Notes: generated by a model not told the origin, from the letters alone. A DNA stretch of 64,000 nt from Candidatus Bathyarchaeota archaeon (GCA_043826455.1 JBDRQD010000048.1:64001-128000), one strand, 5' to 3'; positions 1-9,382 are shown, counted from the stretch's first letter. Program-made: numbers and translations.

Positions 1-169
1 TAAACCCCTCTTTTTCATGTGTCGGACAGGGTTGCCGGTTAAGGGACTCCTTCCGCCCTCTATTTTATGACTGAAAAAATCGCTATAATAGGGTACCACC
101 CCTACCTTTTTCACACTTACAGTCGGGTCTCTCTGAGCCAAGGAAACGTATCGGCGGAGAGAGGTGAGT

Positions 170-1678
170 TTACTCCCGCTCCACCACGATCTTTGTGAAG
201 GCTCCGCTGCTTACCTGTATGAGGCCGTCGAAGGGCTCCCGGACGTTCATGTACTCCAGCCTCACCTGAGCCCCCGCGGTCAGGTCCATGGCCTTCTCAG
301 CGTGGTCTCTCCACAGGCTCACCCTGGCCTCCCCTGTGCCGTCGTCGATCCTGAAGTTGGCTACGGTGGCGGGGCCTCGGACCGTGTCTATGTCGCGTTG
401 AACGGGGTCGTCCAGGAGCTGGCCGCGGACGGTGACGTTCCTCTGGTCCTCCCTGAGGTCTACGATGGGCGTGATCTTGCGCTCCAGCTCGGGGAGCTCC
501 ACCTCCAAGTCGTCGGGGTCTATGTGGACCCTGCCGTTGCGGCCCGCGTTGAGGTCTATGCCCTGGAACCCGGCGCGGGTGTACCCGTTCTCCACTACGA
601 TGATGCTCCCGGACTCGATGTTCGCGGTGAGGTCCACGTCGTCGTCCCAGAGGCTGAGCCTGACGGTGCCCGTGCCGTCCTCCAAGAGCACCGAGACCAC
701 CCGGCCCTCGGTGCCGTCCCTCCTGATGAACCCGCGGGTCTCACCCACCTGGGTGGCTAGTGCGGCCACGTTGACGCTGCTCATGCCCTCCTTGAGGTCC
801 CCGATCTTGGTCCAGTGGGGCACAGGCTCCTTGGGTTTGACGCCCCGGGCCACCACCTGGATCTGGGTGTCCCAGCTCACGTGGACCTCGGGACCGCCCT
901 GGTTCCCGGTCCGCGTGTTACCTGAGATGACCCTGACCCGTGACCCCGGCTCCAGGCCCCCGAACTCATCAACCTTGTCGTCCCAGAGCACCAAGTTGAT
1001 GCGTGCGCCGCCCTCCTCGATGACCACCCGGCTCACCTTACCCTCGGAGCCGTCCTGCCTGCTGAAGGTGTTGGTGGGGAAGCTGTCCACCACCACTCCC
1101 TGGAGGTGTACGGTGCCCTCGCCGAAAACGTCGGCCGGGGTGTGGAAGAACGTCTCCAGCTTGGGGCAGTCCTCCTCGTAGGCGTCCAGGGGGTTCAGTA
1201 TCAACTGGCCCCTGTTGCCCATGTTAACCTCTATGTTCCCCCGCCGCTCCCTGCTGTACCCGTGGAGCACCCTGACGATGGTGCCGGGCTCCAGCTTGCT
1301 GGCCTCCACGTGGTCGGCCTTCTCGTCCCAGAACACCACGGTGACCGTCCCTGACTTGTCCCCCAGTATCATGCGCAGCACCTTGCCCTTCCTCTGGCTG
1401 TCTCTGTCGAAGCTGCGGCTGGGGAATATGTGGAGGACTCGGCCGGTGAGGCTCACGTCGCTGAGGTTGGTGGTCAGGTCACCTATCTTGAGTTTGGCCT
1501 CTATCCGCTCCCCTGCGCCGTTGATGCCCAGGTTGCTGGCCACCAGGTGAGCCGCGGCCTCAGCCGTTAGTAGCCCCGCGGCCTTGGCCCGCTCCTCCTC
1601 TATCATCTTCTGGACTGCCTCCTTGGTGATGTTGGGCTTCAAGGCCAGTATGCGTTTAATGATCTCTTCGGTGGACAT
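170..1678 (-). CDS. rpa: Replication protein A (multi OB-fold ssDNA-binding protein)
   Basis: 502 aa with four repeated OB-fold units (e.g. GDKSGTVTVVFWD, DGTGTVRLSLWD, DGTGEARVSLW) and a typical archaeal RPA N-terminus (GLLTAEAAAHLVA). Confidence 0.9.
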   Translation of the reverse strand: MSTEEIIKRILALKPNITKEAVQKMIEEERAKAAGLLTAEAAAHLVASNLGINGAGERIEAKLKIGDLTTNLSDVSLTGRVLHIFPSRSFDRDSQRKGKVLRMILGDKSGTVTVVFWDEKADHVEASKLEPGTIVRVLHGYSRERRGNIEVNMGNRGQLILNPLDAYEEDCPKLETFFHTPADVFGEGTVHLQGVVVDSFPTNTFSRQDGSEGKVSRVVIEEGGARINLVLWDDKVDEFGGLEPGSRVRVISGNTRTGNQGGPEVHVSWDTQIQVVARGVKPKEPVPHWTKIGDLKEGMSSVNVAALATQVGETRGFIRRDGTEGRVVSVLLEDGTGTVRLSLWDDDVDLTANIESGSIIVVENGYTRAGFQGIDLNAGRNGRVHIDPDDLEVELPELERKITPIVDLREDQRNVTVRGQLLDDPVQRDIDTVRGPATVANFRIDDGTGEARVSLWRDHAEKAMDLTAGAQVRLEYMNVREPFDGLIQVSSGAFTKIVVERE

Positions 1679-1718
1679 GGGGACTCAGAATGGATAGGGT
1701 CGAAGATGCGTAATAAAT

Positions 1719-1841
1719 CTACTTGGTCCGGGCCTTCTTGGCCTCTGTGGCGTACATGTAGGCGAAGGCTAGGGCAAAGGCGGTGAACCCCAGGAGCAGT
1801 ATGAGCACCCGGACCCAGTTGAAGAGCACCGGTAAAGTCAT
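1719..1841 (-). CDS. Small single-pass membrane protein (40 aa), not in the ORF track
   Basis: MTLPVLFNWVRVLILLLGFTAFALAFAYMYATEAKKARTK*; hydrophobic helix plus basic tail, genome-typical C/G-ending codons, fills the gap between the SWIM gene and rpa. Confidence 0.6.
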   Translation of the reverse strand: MTLPVLFNWVRVLILLLGFTAFALAFAYMYATEAKKARTK

Positions 1842-1880
1842 CAGCAACACTGAACCCCGCTTATCTATTTAGGTTTAGCC

Positions 1881-2300
1881 CTAGTCCATCACCGAGTACC
1901 GTTTCCAGATGCCTGTCAGCTCCCTATAAGCCTCATCGTCCTCCAGGATGGTGTCGTAGTGGCTGATAGCCTCGGCCAGCCTCTGAGCCAGCACGTGGTA
2001 GCAGAGGGCCACCTCCTGGTCCAGGACCCTGAAGTAGAAGTCGCTGCAGCTGCAGTACCCGGCGTGGGGGTAGATCATGTACTCGGCGTTGTTACCCACG
2101 GCTATCCACAGCTCGCGGCCGCTGGGCCTGAAAACGTACCTCTTCACACGGTTCTCGGTGACCAGCCTCCACGCCCTTGTGAACCTGTTTCCGAAGGTCC
2201 TGCGGAGTCTCTGCCAGTTGAGCCTGCTGATCTCCTTCTCGGTGCGCAGCTCCCGCAGTATCTGCTCTAGAACCAGGTGCTCCTGGGTGGGCTCGGCCAT
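1881..2300 (-). CDS. SWIM zinc-finger protein
   Basis: CSCSDF...CYH (CxCxD...CxH) motif; likely start MAEPTQ at 2300. Confidence 0.8.
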   Translation of the reverse strand: MAEPTQEHLVLEQILRELRTEKEISRLNWQRLRRTFGNRFTRAWRLVTENRVKRYVFRPSGRELWIAVGNNAEYMIYPHAGYCSCSDFYFRVLDQEVALCYHVLAQRLAEAISHYDTILEDDEAYRELTGIWKRYSVMD

Positions 2301-2388
2301 CAATGATACCTGCGCTTCACCCCTCATTACTCTTTTCCAGGGCCCCGGGCCTCATGATTTAAATTCCTTGGCACTGGGAGACACCTGT

Positions 2389-3231
2389 ATGATCCGTCTG
2401 CTGACGCCCCACCCGGCCCTCATGGTGGAGATCGGTGAGAGGGTGATGCTGGCGGCGGATCTGCACCTGGGCATGGAGTACGACCTGGCTAAGCAGGGCA
2501 TCAGCATCCCCTACCAGTGGAGTAGGATGCTGGACGAGCTCATGGTGCTCCTGGAGGAGCACAGGCCCGACAGGCTGGTGCTTCTGGGGGACGTGAAGCA
2601 CGGGGTGCCGGCCACCAGCTTCCAGGAGAGGAGGGAGATTCCTGGCTTCTTCGAGACACTCCTGGGGGCCGTGGAGGAGATTGATGTCACCCGGGGCAAC
2701 CACGACGCCAACATTCAGCAGTTCCTACCCAAGGAGGTGCATCTACACAGCAGCAAGGGCATCATGTTTGGGGAAGGTTTCAGGGTGGCTGCCATGCACG
2801 GCCACGCCTGGCCTCCACCCGAGTCCGCGGCCGCTGACTGCATGATTATGGCCCATAACCACCCCACCGTGCTGCTGAACACGCCCCTAGGCATCAAGAT
2901 CAGCCAGAGAGCATGGGTCAGGGGCGTCTGCGACCAAGCGAACCTGGCCAGGGCCTTCCTGGAACAAGACAACGTCATGGCTGAGGGTAACCCGGTGGCC
3001 GAGTTCAGGGACAGGTACGAGGTGGAGCCCGGGTGCCCCGAGATCATCATCATGCCCATGTTCAACGATCTCCTGGGCGGGCTGCCGGTGAACGCGGAGT
3101 CCCCCAAGAGCCTCCTTGGGCCCCTCTTCAGGACCGATGCCGTGAACATGGAGGGCTTCGACGTGTACCTCCTGGACGGCACCTACGTGGGCAAGGTGGG
3201 CTTCCTGCGGCGGCGCCTAGAGAGTGTGTAG
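2389..3231 (+). CDS. Calcineurin-like metallophosphoesterase (COG1407-like)
   Basis: DLHLG, LGDVKH, GNHD, HGH and AHNHP motifs; start MIRLL at 2389. Confidence 0.85.
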   Translation: MIRLLTPHPALMVEIGERVMLAADLHLGMEYDLAKQGISIPYQWSRMLDELMVLLEEHRPDRLVLLGDVKHGVPATSFQERREIPGFFETLLGAVEEIDVTRGNHDANIQQFLPKEVHLHSSKGIMFGEGFRVAAMHGHAWPPPESAAADCMIMAHNHPTVLLNTPLGIKISQRAWVRGVCDQANLARAFLEQDNVMAEGNPVAEFRDRYEVEPGCPEIIIMPMFNDLLGGLPVNAESPKSLLGPLFRTDAVNMEGFDVYLLDGTYVGKVGFLRRRLESV

Positions 3232-3357
3232 GGAGCGGCTACATACACTGTCTTTTAGATGCAGACGCGGAGGATCAAATAGCTCAAAGGGTATGCCGAG
3301 AGCTAAGCCAAAACCACTGCCGAAAAGCCATTGGGGCCCGGAAGGGCCCTCCTTCCA

Positions 3358-4245
3358 CTAAACTTCTCCGAAGTGCCTGTAGCACGCGTGGCAGCGGCTC
3401 GCGTAGCCTCCGCTTGCTTGGAAACCGTCCCTTATCCTCGTGAGCCTGTCATCCTTCCAGGCTCTCGCGAGTATCTGCTCCAGGGACTCGTCGCGTAGGT
3501 TGCCCAGAACAGCGTCCTCTCTGCACCCAAGGGGCCCGCAGCAGGGGAGAACGTCGCCGCCCGGGGTGACGCCGATGTCCGCGAGAGCGGACTCGCATCG
3601 AATAGTCGCCGCCTCAAGGAGCTCAACAACCGCATCAGGTGTGATGCACCCGCCTCTGCCGATAGGAGTGAAGGGTGTCTCCATGGCCAGGGCCGATGGG
3701 TTAGGCTTTCGTGGCTCACCCAGCACCTGTATGTCGGGGTCACCCATGAGATTGGACAGTGAGCCAGCCGTTATCCTACTGCCATTCCTCGTGGCCACCA
3801 TAAAGACAGGTTTTACGCCCAGCATCTTGACCGCGCTGAAGCAGTGCCTCACCCGCTCCAATGGGATGTGCTCTTGGTGGAAGTCGTCCACGCTCATGTT
3901 CAGGGCCGTCAAACCGGCTTCAGACAGCGGCCTTAGGGTCTCTGCGGCGGCTTCCGTCGTCGTCGCCCAGCTGCAGTTGGTGACGACCTCCGTGTAGAAG
4001 CCCTTCTCAGAGGCGTATCGGACCAAACCGAGCAGGAGGCGGGGCTCCAGAAAGGGCTCTCCTCCGGTGAAGCTCACCCAGTGGGCGCCAAGGCCCTTTG
4101 ACTGGTCTATAGCCTTCTCGGCTGTGGCCTGAGGCATGGTCTCTGTTCTGTCCGGGCCGCAGCTGAACCAGCAGTGGCCGCATGCAACGTTGCACCTGTC
4201 TGTGAGAAGCAGGCCGACGCGGAAAAGAGAGGGAGAAATTGGCAT
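3358..4245 (-). CDS. Radical SAM protein with SPASM/twitch-type C-terminal domain
   Basis: CNVACGHC (CxxxCxxC), FTGGEPF, C-terminal C...GDVLPCC...CHAC. Confidence 0.85.
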   Translation of the reverse strand: MPISPSLFRVGLLLTDRCNVACGHCWFSCGPDRTETMPQATAEKAIDQSKGLGAHWVSFTGGEPFLEPRLLLGLVRYASEKGFYTEVVTNCSWATTTEAAAETLRPLSEAGLTALNMSVDDFHQEHIPLERVRHCFSAVKMLGVKPVFMVATRNGSRITAGSLSNLMGDPDIQVLGEPRKPNPSALAMETPFTPIGRGGCITPDAVVELLEAATIRCESALADIGVTPGGDVLPCCGPLGCREDAVLGNLRDESLEQILARAWKDDRLTRIRDGFQASGGYASRCHACYRHFGEV

Positions 4246-4248
4246 GGC

Positions 4249-6045
4249 CTACTGCAGCTTCTCCAGGGTCCCCCGGATGAGCTTGTTGGCCTGGTGGAAC
4301 CCCTCCTCCACGGCGTTCCTCTGCCGCAGCAGGTGGTTCCGCAGCAGCTTGAACTCGTGGCTCTGGTGGAGGGTCATGTTAGCCAGGTCCACGATGCCGA
4401 CGATCCTGGGGAACGGGGTGGCGCCGAAGGTCTCCATGGTCATCTGTTCGCTGGGCCCGGCGTTGCTGTGGGCCACGGGGTTGATGTGCCTGCTGACCCA
4501 CATGAGGCTGTAGTTGAGTTGCGAGAGCTCCTCGTCGCTCAGTTTCTCAGCTTTCGACTGGACGGCCTTCTCCAGGGCTACGGCCTGTTCCTTGAACTCC
4601 TCGGCCTCCTCGATGACGGGGTGCAGGTTGAAGTAGCCCACGATCTTGTCGGACTTTTTCTGGAGGTCCACCAGGATGTTGTACAGCTTCACGGAGTAGT
4701 GGGTGAAGTCAAGGGGCAGAACGGGGCTGTTCACCATCCTCACTACGAAGTTGAGCTCCGCCCGGACATCCAGCTCCAGGATGTTCACGTCGCCGTGCTC
4801 CATGGTCTCGTAGGGCGTGTGCCACCACCAGCCGCCGCCGCTGTAGTTCACGTGCGGGTCGTAGAGCTCCTTGGGCCTGCTGGTGATGATGCTCACATGG
4901 GGCATCCCCGTGCCCCAGAAGCTGCCGTCCCCGGCCCTGGTCGCCCACCTGTAGCTCTCCACGCCCTTACCCGTGACGGCCTTTACGCTGTCCAAGGCGG
5001 CGTCCATGACCTCCGTGATCTGGATGTCCCTGAACTCGGTGGCCCCCTCCACCCCAGGGCTGTCGATGTTGTAGCTGCAGAAGCAGTGGTGCCTAAGCTT
5101 CATCCACATGGCGTCGTTGTACCAGGTGCTGCCAGCGTAGCGGCCTATCTCGTGGCCCGCCCAGAAGGCGAAGCGCACGCTCCTGCGCAGCTTGCCCTTG
5201 TGCTTGTTGAGGAGCCGGGCTATCTCCAGGACCGCCGTGTCGCCGGAGAGGTTGTCTACGGCGCCTGGGCTGAAGGGGGGTGTGTCCACGTGGGCGTTCA
5301 CCAGCATGAACTTGTCGGGCTCCACTGCGCCCCTGATCTCGGCCTCCAGTACGGGCAGCTTCTTCCAGCCCGTGTCCATGACGCTGACTATGTGGGCTTT
5401 GACTCCGCCCTGCCTGACCAGCTTCTTCAGGGCCTGTCCGTCCCTGTTGCTGACGTGGAGGATGGCGGGGATGGTCTGTATGTCCTTGATGTTCTCCGGG
5501 GTGGGGTTGCCGCTGACGCTGAAGTCGGCCCTCTGGTGAACCACCGTGGGCATGTAGTCGTCCTGCTCTATGACTACGAGGCCCCGGACGCCCATGTTCT
5601 GCAGCCGCAGCAGGAAACCGGCCCTGAGCCCCATCCAGTCGCCGCTGGTCCTCTGCTCGCACAGAACCACCTTGCCTCGGCAGTCGGCGTACCCTATCTC
5701 CTCCGGCGGCACGTAGATGACCTCGGCCTCGAAGCCCTCTGGGGTGGTGGTGCCCACCTGCCTGTAGGGGGTGCACTGGACCTCCATCTCCACGGGGTAG
5801 GTGATCCTGAGGCGGCTATACTTGGGGTCGCTGATGTAGGCCTCGAACATGTGGAGCCTGGGCTCCAGACCGTACTCCTCCAGCCTCTCCCTGAGGAACC
5901 CTATGGTCAGCATCTCCTCCGGGCTTCCGCTGTGAATGGGCGTGAAGGTGTTCAACGTGTCCCAGTTGGCCTGCATCCGCTTCTTATCGATGCCCTTCTC
6001 CAGGTCGGCTAACAGCTTCCTGGTCTCTTCTGTGAGAATGATCAT
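4249..6045 (-). CDS. M28 family metallopeptidase with PA-like insert
   Basis: NAHVD, GAVDNLSG, FWAGHEIGRYAGS, NIDSPG and WWWHT motifs. Confidence 0.85.
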   Translation of the reverse strand: MIILTEETRKLLADLEKGIDKKRMQANWDTLNTFTPIHSGSPEEMLTIGFLRERLEEYGLEPRLHMFEAYISDPKYSRLRITYPVEMEVQCTPYRQVGTTTPEGFEAEVIYVPPEEIGYADCRGKVVLCEQRTSGDWMGLRAGFLLRLQNMGVRGLVVIEQDDYMPTVVHQRADFSVSGNPTPENIKDIQTIPAILHVSNRDGQALKKLVRQGGVKAHIVSVMDTGWKKLPVLEAEIRGAVEPDKFMLVNAHVDTPPFSPGAVDNLSGDTAVLEIARLLNKHKGKLRRSVRFAFWAGHEIGRYAGSTWYNDAMWMKLRHHCFCSYNIDSPGVEGATEFRDIQITEVMDAALDSVKAVTGKGVESYRWATRAGDGSFWGTGMPHVSIITSRPKELYDPHVNYSGGGWWWHTPYETMEHGDVNILELDVRAELNFVVRMVNSPVLPLDFTHYSVKLYNILVDLQKKSDKIVGYFNLHPVIEEAEEFKEQAVALEKAVQSKAEKLSDEELSQLNYSLMWVSRHINPVAHSNAGPSEQMTMETFGATPFPRIVGIVDLANMTLHQSHEFKLLRNHLLRQRNAVEEGFHQANKLIRGTLEKLQ

Positions 6046-6198
6046 AAGTTATCACTGATATCGCGGAAACTGAGCCTTTAACACTTGCTGAGGCGGGTGA
6101 GTCGGTCATAAAATGACTGCTGCGTGGAAGAATGTGAAATTTTTTCGGGTTGCATTTAACTAAATTTTGGTACTTGCACACGTTTTTATTGTGTGGGG

Positions 6199-6277
6199 TG
6201 GTGGGACCGCCCGGATTTGAACCGGGGACCACGCGGTCCCGAACCGCGTATCTTAGACCAAGCTTGACCACGGTCCC
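6199..6277 (-). tRNA. tRNA-Pro (CGG), CCA encoded
   Basis: GGGACCG acceptor, anticodon arm CGCGG-TTCGGGA-CCGCG, GGTTCAAATCC T-arm, ends ACCA; TATA-like TTTTTTAAG about 28 nt upstream. Confidence 0.95.
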
Positions 6278-6362
6278 AGCAGGATACTCACCAAGGCTGA
6301 GGGGCTTAAAAAAGGTTCTGAGGCTGGCAACGGTTTATCATCCACGGTTCACTTACCTTAAC

Positions 6363-6609
6363 ATGACACTGACTCTCTGCCACCCGTTTGGCGTCCTGGA
6401 CGCCGCCATGATGGGCACAGGATGGATGGGCTTGCATGTGGTTCTGGTTTCTAGTGTTGGCTGGTCTAAGCTACGTGGCCTACACGTGGTTCAGGCCTAG
6501 AAGGCGCATTGTGAGGGACGACCCACTGGAGACCGCCCGCCTAAGGCTCGCCCGGGGCGAGATCACTGCAGAGGAGTACGAAGAGATAGTGAGGAGGCTG
6601 AAGCGGTGA
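6363..6609 (+). pseudogene. SHOCT-domain membrane protein, apparently frameshifted at ~6435 (or a short 57-aa version from ATG 6436)
   Basis: Frame 1 MTLTLCHPFGVLDAAMMGTGWMGL; frame 2 MWFWFLVLAGLSYVAYTW...DPLETARLRLARGEITAEEYEEI (SHOCT signature). Confidence 0.6.
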
Positions 6610-7193
6610 AAGGAAGCCAGTACTTCGTCGCCGCGGCCCTCATACTGCTTGGAGTCCTCGCAGGAGCCCTCATCATGGGAGTACTACCCGGGAGAGGGCT
6701 GAACATCGACGCCGCCATGAAGGTGGCGGAGAGGTATAGAGACGGCTTCGGGGACCCGGACATAGAGATAGACGAGGTGATGGAGTTCGAGTACAACTTC
6801 TATGTGATCTACTACGAGAAGTCCACAGGCGTCGGCGCCTTCGAGATGCTTATAGACAAGTCCACGGGGCGCATATACCCCGAGTACGGGCCCAACATGA
6901 TGTGGAACACAAAGTACGGCCACGGCGGGATGATGGGCCCAGGCCACATGGGCGGAGGCACCGGCCCGACCACCGTAGACGAGGCGCAGGCCCTATCCAT
7001 AGCCCAGGAGTGGCTGGACAGAGTCTACCCGGGCTCAGAGGCCGAAGAATCCCACCCCTTCTACGGGTACTACACCATACACACCATGAGGAACGGCAAG
7101 GTGACCGGTATGCTGAGCGTCAACCAGTACACGGGCGCCGTCTGGTACCACAACTGGCACGGGGCCTACATAATAAGCCTGGAAGCCCACTAG
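6606..7193 (+). CDS. Membrane-anchored PepSY-like protein with a Met/Gly/His-rich linker
   Basis: N-terminal TM; GPNMMWNTKYGHGGMMG; two similar modules ending IDKSTGRI / VNQYTGAV; WYHNWHG. Confidence 0.6.
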   Translation: MKGSQYFVAAALILLGVLAGALIMGVLPGRGLNIDAAMKVAERYRDGFGDPDIEIDEVMEFEYNFYVIYYEKSTGVGAFEMLIDKSTGRIYPEYGPNMMWNTKYGHGGMMGPGHMGGGTGPTTVDEAQALSIAQEWLDRVYPGSEAEESHPFYGYYTIHTMRNGKVTGMLSVNQYTGAVWYHNWHGAYIISLEAH

Positions 7194-7272
7194 TCCCCGC
7201 TCTTCCTGAGCAGACGATAGCCGACTACGGCCCAACAGCCAGATACGCGCACATTTTTTCATATGACAGGGG

Positions 7273-8325
7273 TTAGGCCTCTGTAACAGCCTCCCTCACC
7301 GTCATGTTGAGGACGACCTCGGCTATGTCTGCGCCGTACTCGGCTGTGCGCAGGATGCTCTCCACAATGAGCCTGAGGGCGGGAACCTCCTCGGGGGGCG
7401 CGTGCTTCACTATCTGGTGGATGACCTCCGCCTCCATGCCTCTGGCCTGCTGGGCCTTCTCCAGGACCCTGTCGGCCTCCATGTAGTCCTCATCGAAGAC
7501 GGCCTCCATGCTGGTCTCAAAGACCTCTAGGGCTATGGCGCTGAGCTTCTGGAGCTCCTGCAGGATCTCCGGGTCCGGGGTGCTTAGGGTGAGCTCCAGC
7601 CTGTTCTGGGCTATGTTGACGGCGTGGTCAGCCATGCGCTCAACGCTCTTGGTGATGAGCCGGTAGCCTAGGCACTCCCGCTGGGACCTGAGGCCGCTCT
7701 CCTTGAGTATGTAGCTGTCCGAGACGGCCACCTTCAGGAGCCTTATGATGTAGAGGTTGAACCTGTCCACCTCGTCGTCCATGGACACTATCTCCCGGGC
7801 CAGGTGGGTGTCCTCGGTGCCCAGGGCGGTGATGCTGTCCCTGTGCATGGAGGCCGCTATGACGCTCATCCTGCGCAGCGCGTCCTTCACGGAGAGCTCC
7901 GAGTAGCTGAGGAGCACCTGGAGGGTGAGCTCCTGGGGAAGGTCGGAGAGGATCTCGGTGCCCACCAGCTTCTTCCGGGTGAAGTCCTTGACGGCGAACC
8001 TCTGACCGCTGTCTAACCGTTTCTGGCTGCTGCGAAGCTGGATGATGTTGTACCCCATGAGGTAGGCCGAGACTACGCGTCTGACGATGCTCTCAGGCTT
8101 GTCCTCGGGTTTAGGATTTATGACCGCCTTCTTAGTACCCATGGTGGTCTCAGCTCCCTGGGGCTGAAGCCACAGGGTCATGTCGTCCTTCTGGGATATG
8201 CGGATGATGCTTCCCTTCTGCAGCCCCATCTGCTCCACCCAGTTCTTGGGGAGGGATACTATGTAGGTGGAGCCGCCCGTAACCTGTATCTTACGCAGCT
8301 CCTCCGGATCTGAACCTTTTGACAT
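7273..8325 (-). CDS. Phosphate uptake regulator (AbrB N-terminal domain plus PhoU repeats)
   Basis: RKIQVTGGSTYIVSLPKNW AbrB motif; DDEVDRF and ERMADHA PhoU motifs. Confidence 0.9.
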   Translation of the reverse strand: MSKGSDPEELRKIQVTGGSTYIVSLPKNWVEQMGLQKGSIIRISQKDDMTLWLQPQGAETTMGTKKAVINPKPEDKPESIVRRVVSAYLMGYNIIQLRSSQKRLDSGQRFAVKDFTRKKLVGTEILSDLPQELTLQVLLSYSELSVKDALRRMSVIAASMHRDSITALGTEDTHLAREIVSMDDEVDRFNLYIIRLLKVAVSDSYILKESGLRSQRECLGYRLITKSVERMADHAVNIAQNRLELTLSTPDPEILQELQKLSAIALEVFETSMEAVFDEDYMEADRVLEKAQQARGMEAEVIHQIVKHAPPEEVPALRLIVESILRTAEYGADIAEVVLNMTVREAVTEA

Positions 8326-8367
8326 GTATTTTTACCAGTCTATGGATCTGTGACGTGTCTAAAATAC

Positions 8368-8414
8368 ATATATGTTCTATTTATATGCGCCATATAAAAC
8401 ATAGAAAAATATAT
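8368..8414. promoter_or_regulatory. AT-rich palindrome between the divergent phoU-type regulator and pstS
   Basis: TTTATATG-CGC-CATATAAA perfect core (8380-8398), with outer TTCTAT/ATAGAA and ATATAT/ATATAT arms. Confidence 0.5.
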
Positions 8415-8509
8415 TGAGTTATTTAGCTATAATTATTTACACCGTCTATATATATTATAGGAGTGATCTATTTATCCCGTCGAGGGGTCGTAGCCCCATA
8501 AGACAGAAA

Positions 8510-9382
8510 ATGAGTAACAGGCTCAAGGCCGCGGGGATAATAGCGTTCCTAGTAATCTCGGCGGGCGCCTACAACAGGTGGGCCACAGAGCAGAACGCCA
8601 GCGGCGGGTTGACGGGCACCATTGAGATCGATGGCTCAAGCACCGTGTTCCCCATAACCCAGGCAGTGGCCGAGGAGTTCCAGAAGGTGTACCCGTCCAT
8701 AAGGGTCAACGTGGGGGTCTCCGGAACCGGGGGAGGCTTCAAGAGGTTCACTGCCGGGGAGACGGATATCAACGACGCCTCACGGCCAATAAAGGGGAGT
8801 GAGGAGGAGCGGGCGGCCCAGAACGGAGTCCAGTACTTGGAGCTCAGGGTGGCCCTCGACGGCATTGCAGTGGTGGTCAGCACGAGCAACACCATCCAGA
8901 TCATGGCCGAGGAGGTGGAGGACCGGGCCACCGAGCTCATTGCCCTTCACCAGCCCATGGCCGGCGACCTCCGCACACTGAAGGCTTACATCAAGATCGC
9001 CTACGATCTGGAGAGGTACGGCAGGTACGCCATGTTTGTAAGCGAGATACAGTACCGCCTGGGCGTCTGGAAGCCCCTGGAGGACGAGGCCCTCAGTGTG
9101 AAGGAGCTGTCGGACAAGACCCTCCAAGTCATAGATATGAGCCTAGCAATGATCGAGACCTTGGATGAGAAGATGATCTTCGACCTAAGCAAGGTGGAAA
9201 CCGAGACCGATGAGCTGTACTTCGAGAACATGAGGCTCTTCAGCGAGTGCAAGGGTGACCCCAAGACTGTGGTGGCCTACCTGCTCACCATCCGGTACCT
9301 GGAGCGCATCGCTGACCACGGGAGCTACATAGCGGAGAGCATCAGCTACGCCGCCACGGGCAAGAGGATAAGCATAAGGTAG
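8510..9382 (+). CDS. In-frame chimera of the PstS N-terminal half and the PhoU C-terminal part
   Basis: [23 protein letters not shown] and [10 protein letters not shown] (PstS) joined at STSNT to [14 protein letters not shown]...DLERYG...LERIADH (PhoU). Confidence 0.8.
   Translation: MSNRLKAAGIIAFLVISAGAYNRWATEQNASGGLTGTIEIDGSSTVFPITQAVAEEFQKVYPSIRVNVGVSGTGGGFKRFTAGETDINDASRPIKGSEEERAAQNGVQYLELRVALDGIAVVVSTSNTIQIMAEEVEDRATELIALHQPMAGDLRTLKAYIKIAYDLERYGRYAMFVSEIQYRLGVWKPLEDEALSVKELSDKTLQVIDMSLAMIETLDEKMIFDLSKVETETDELYFENMRLFSECKGDPKTVVAYLLTIRYLERIADHGSYIAESISYAATGKRISIR

Noticed and set aside
4174..6012. 612-aa + strand ORF (and many similar long antisense ORFs, e.g. 49067-49582, 51218-52606)
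   Set aside because: Shadow frames of real genes in a high-GC genome; no recognisable motifs
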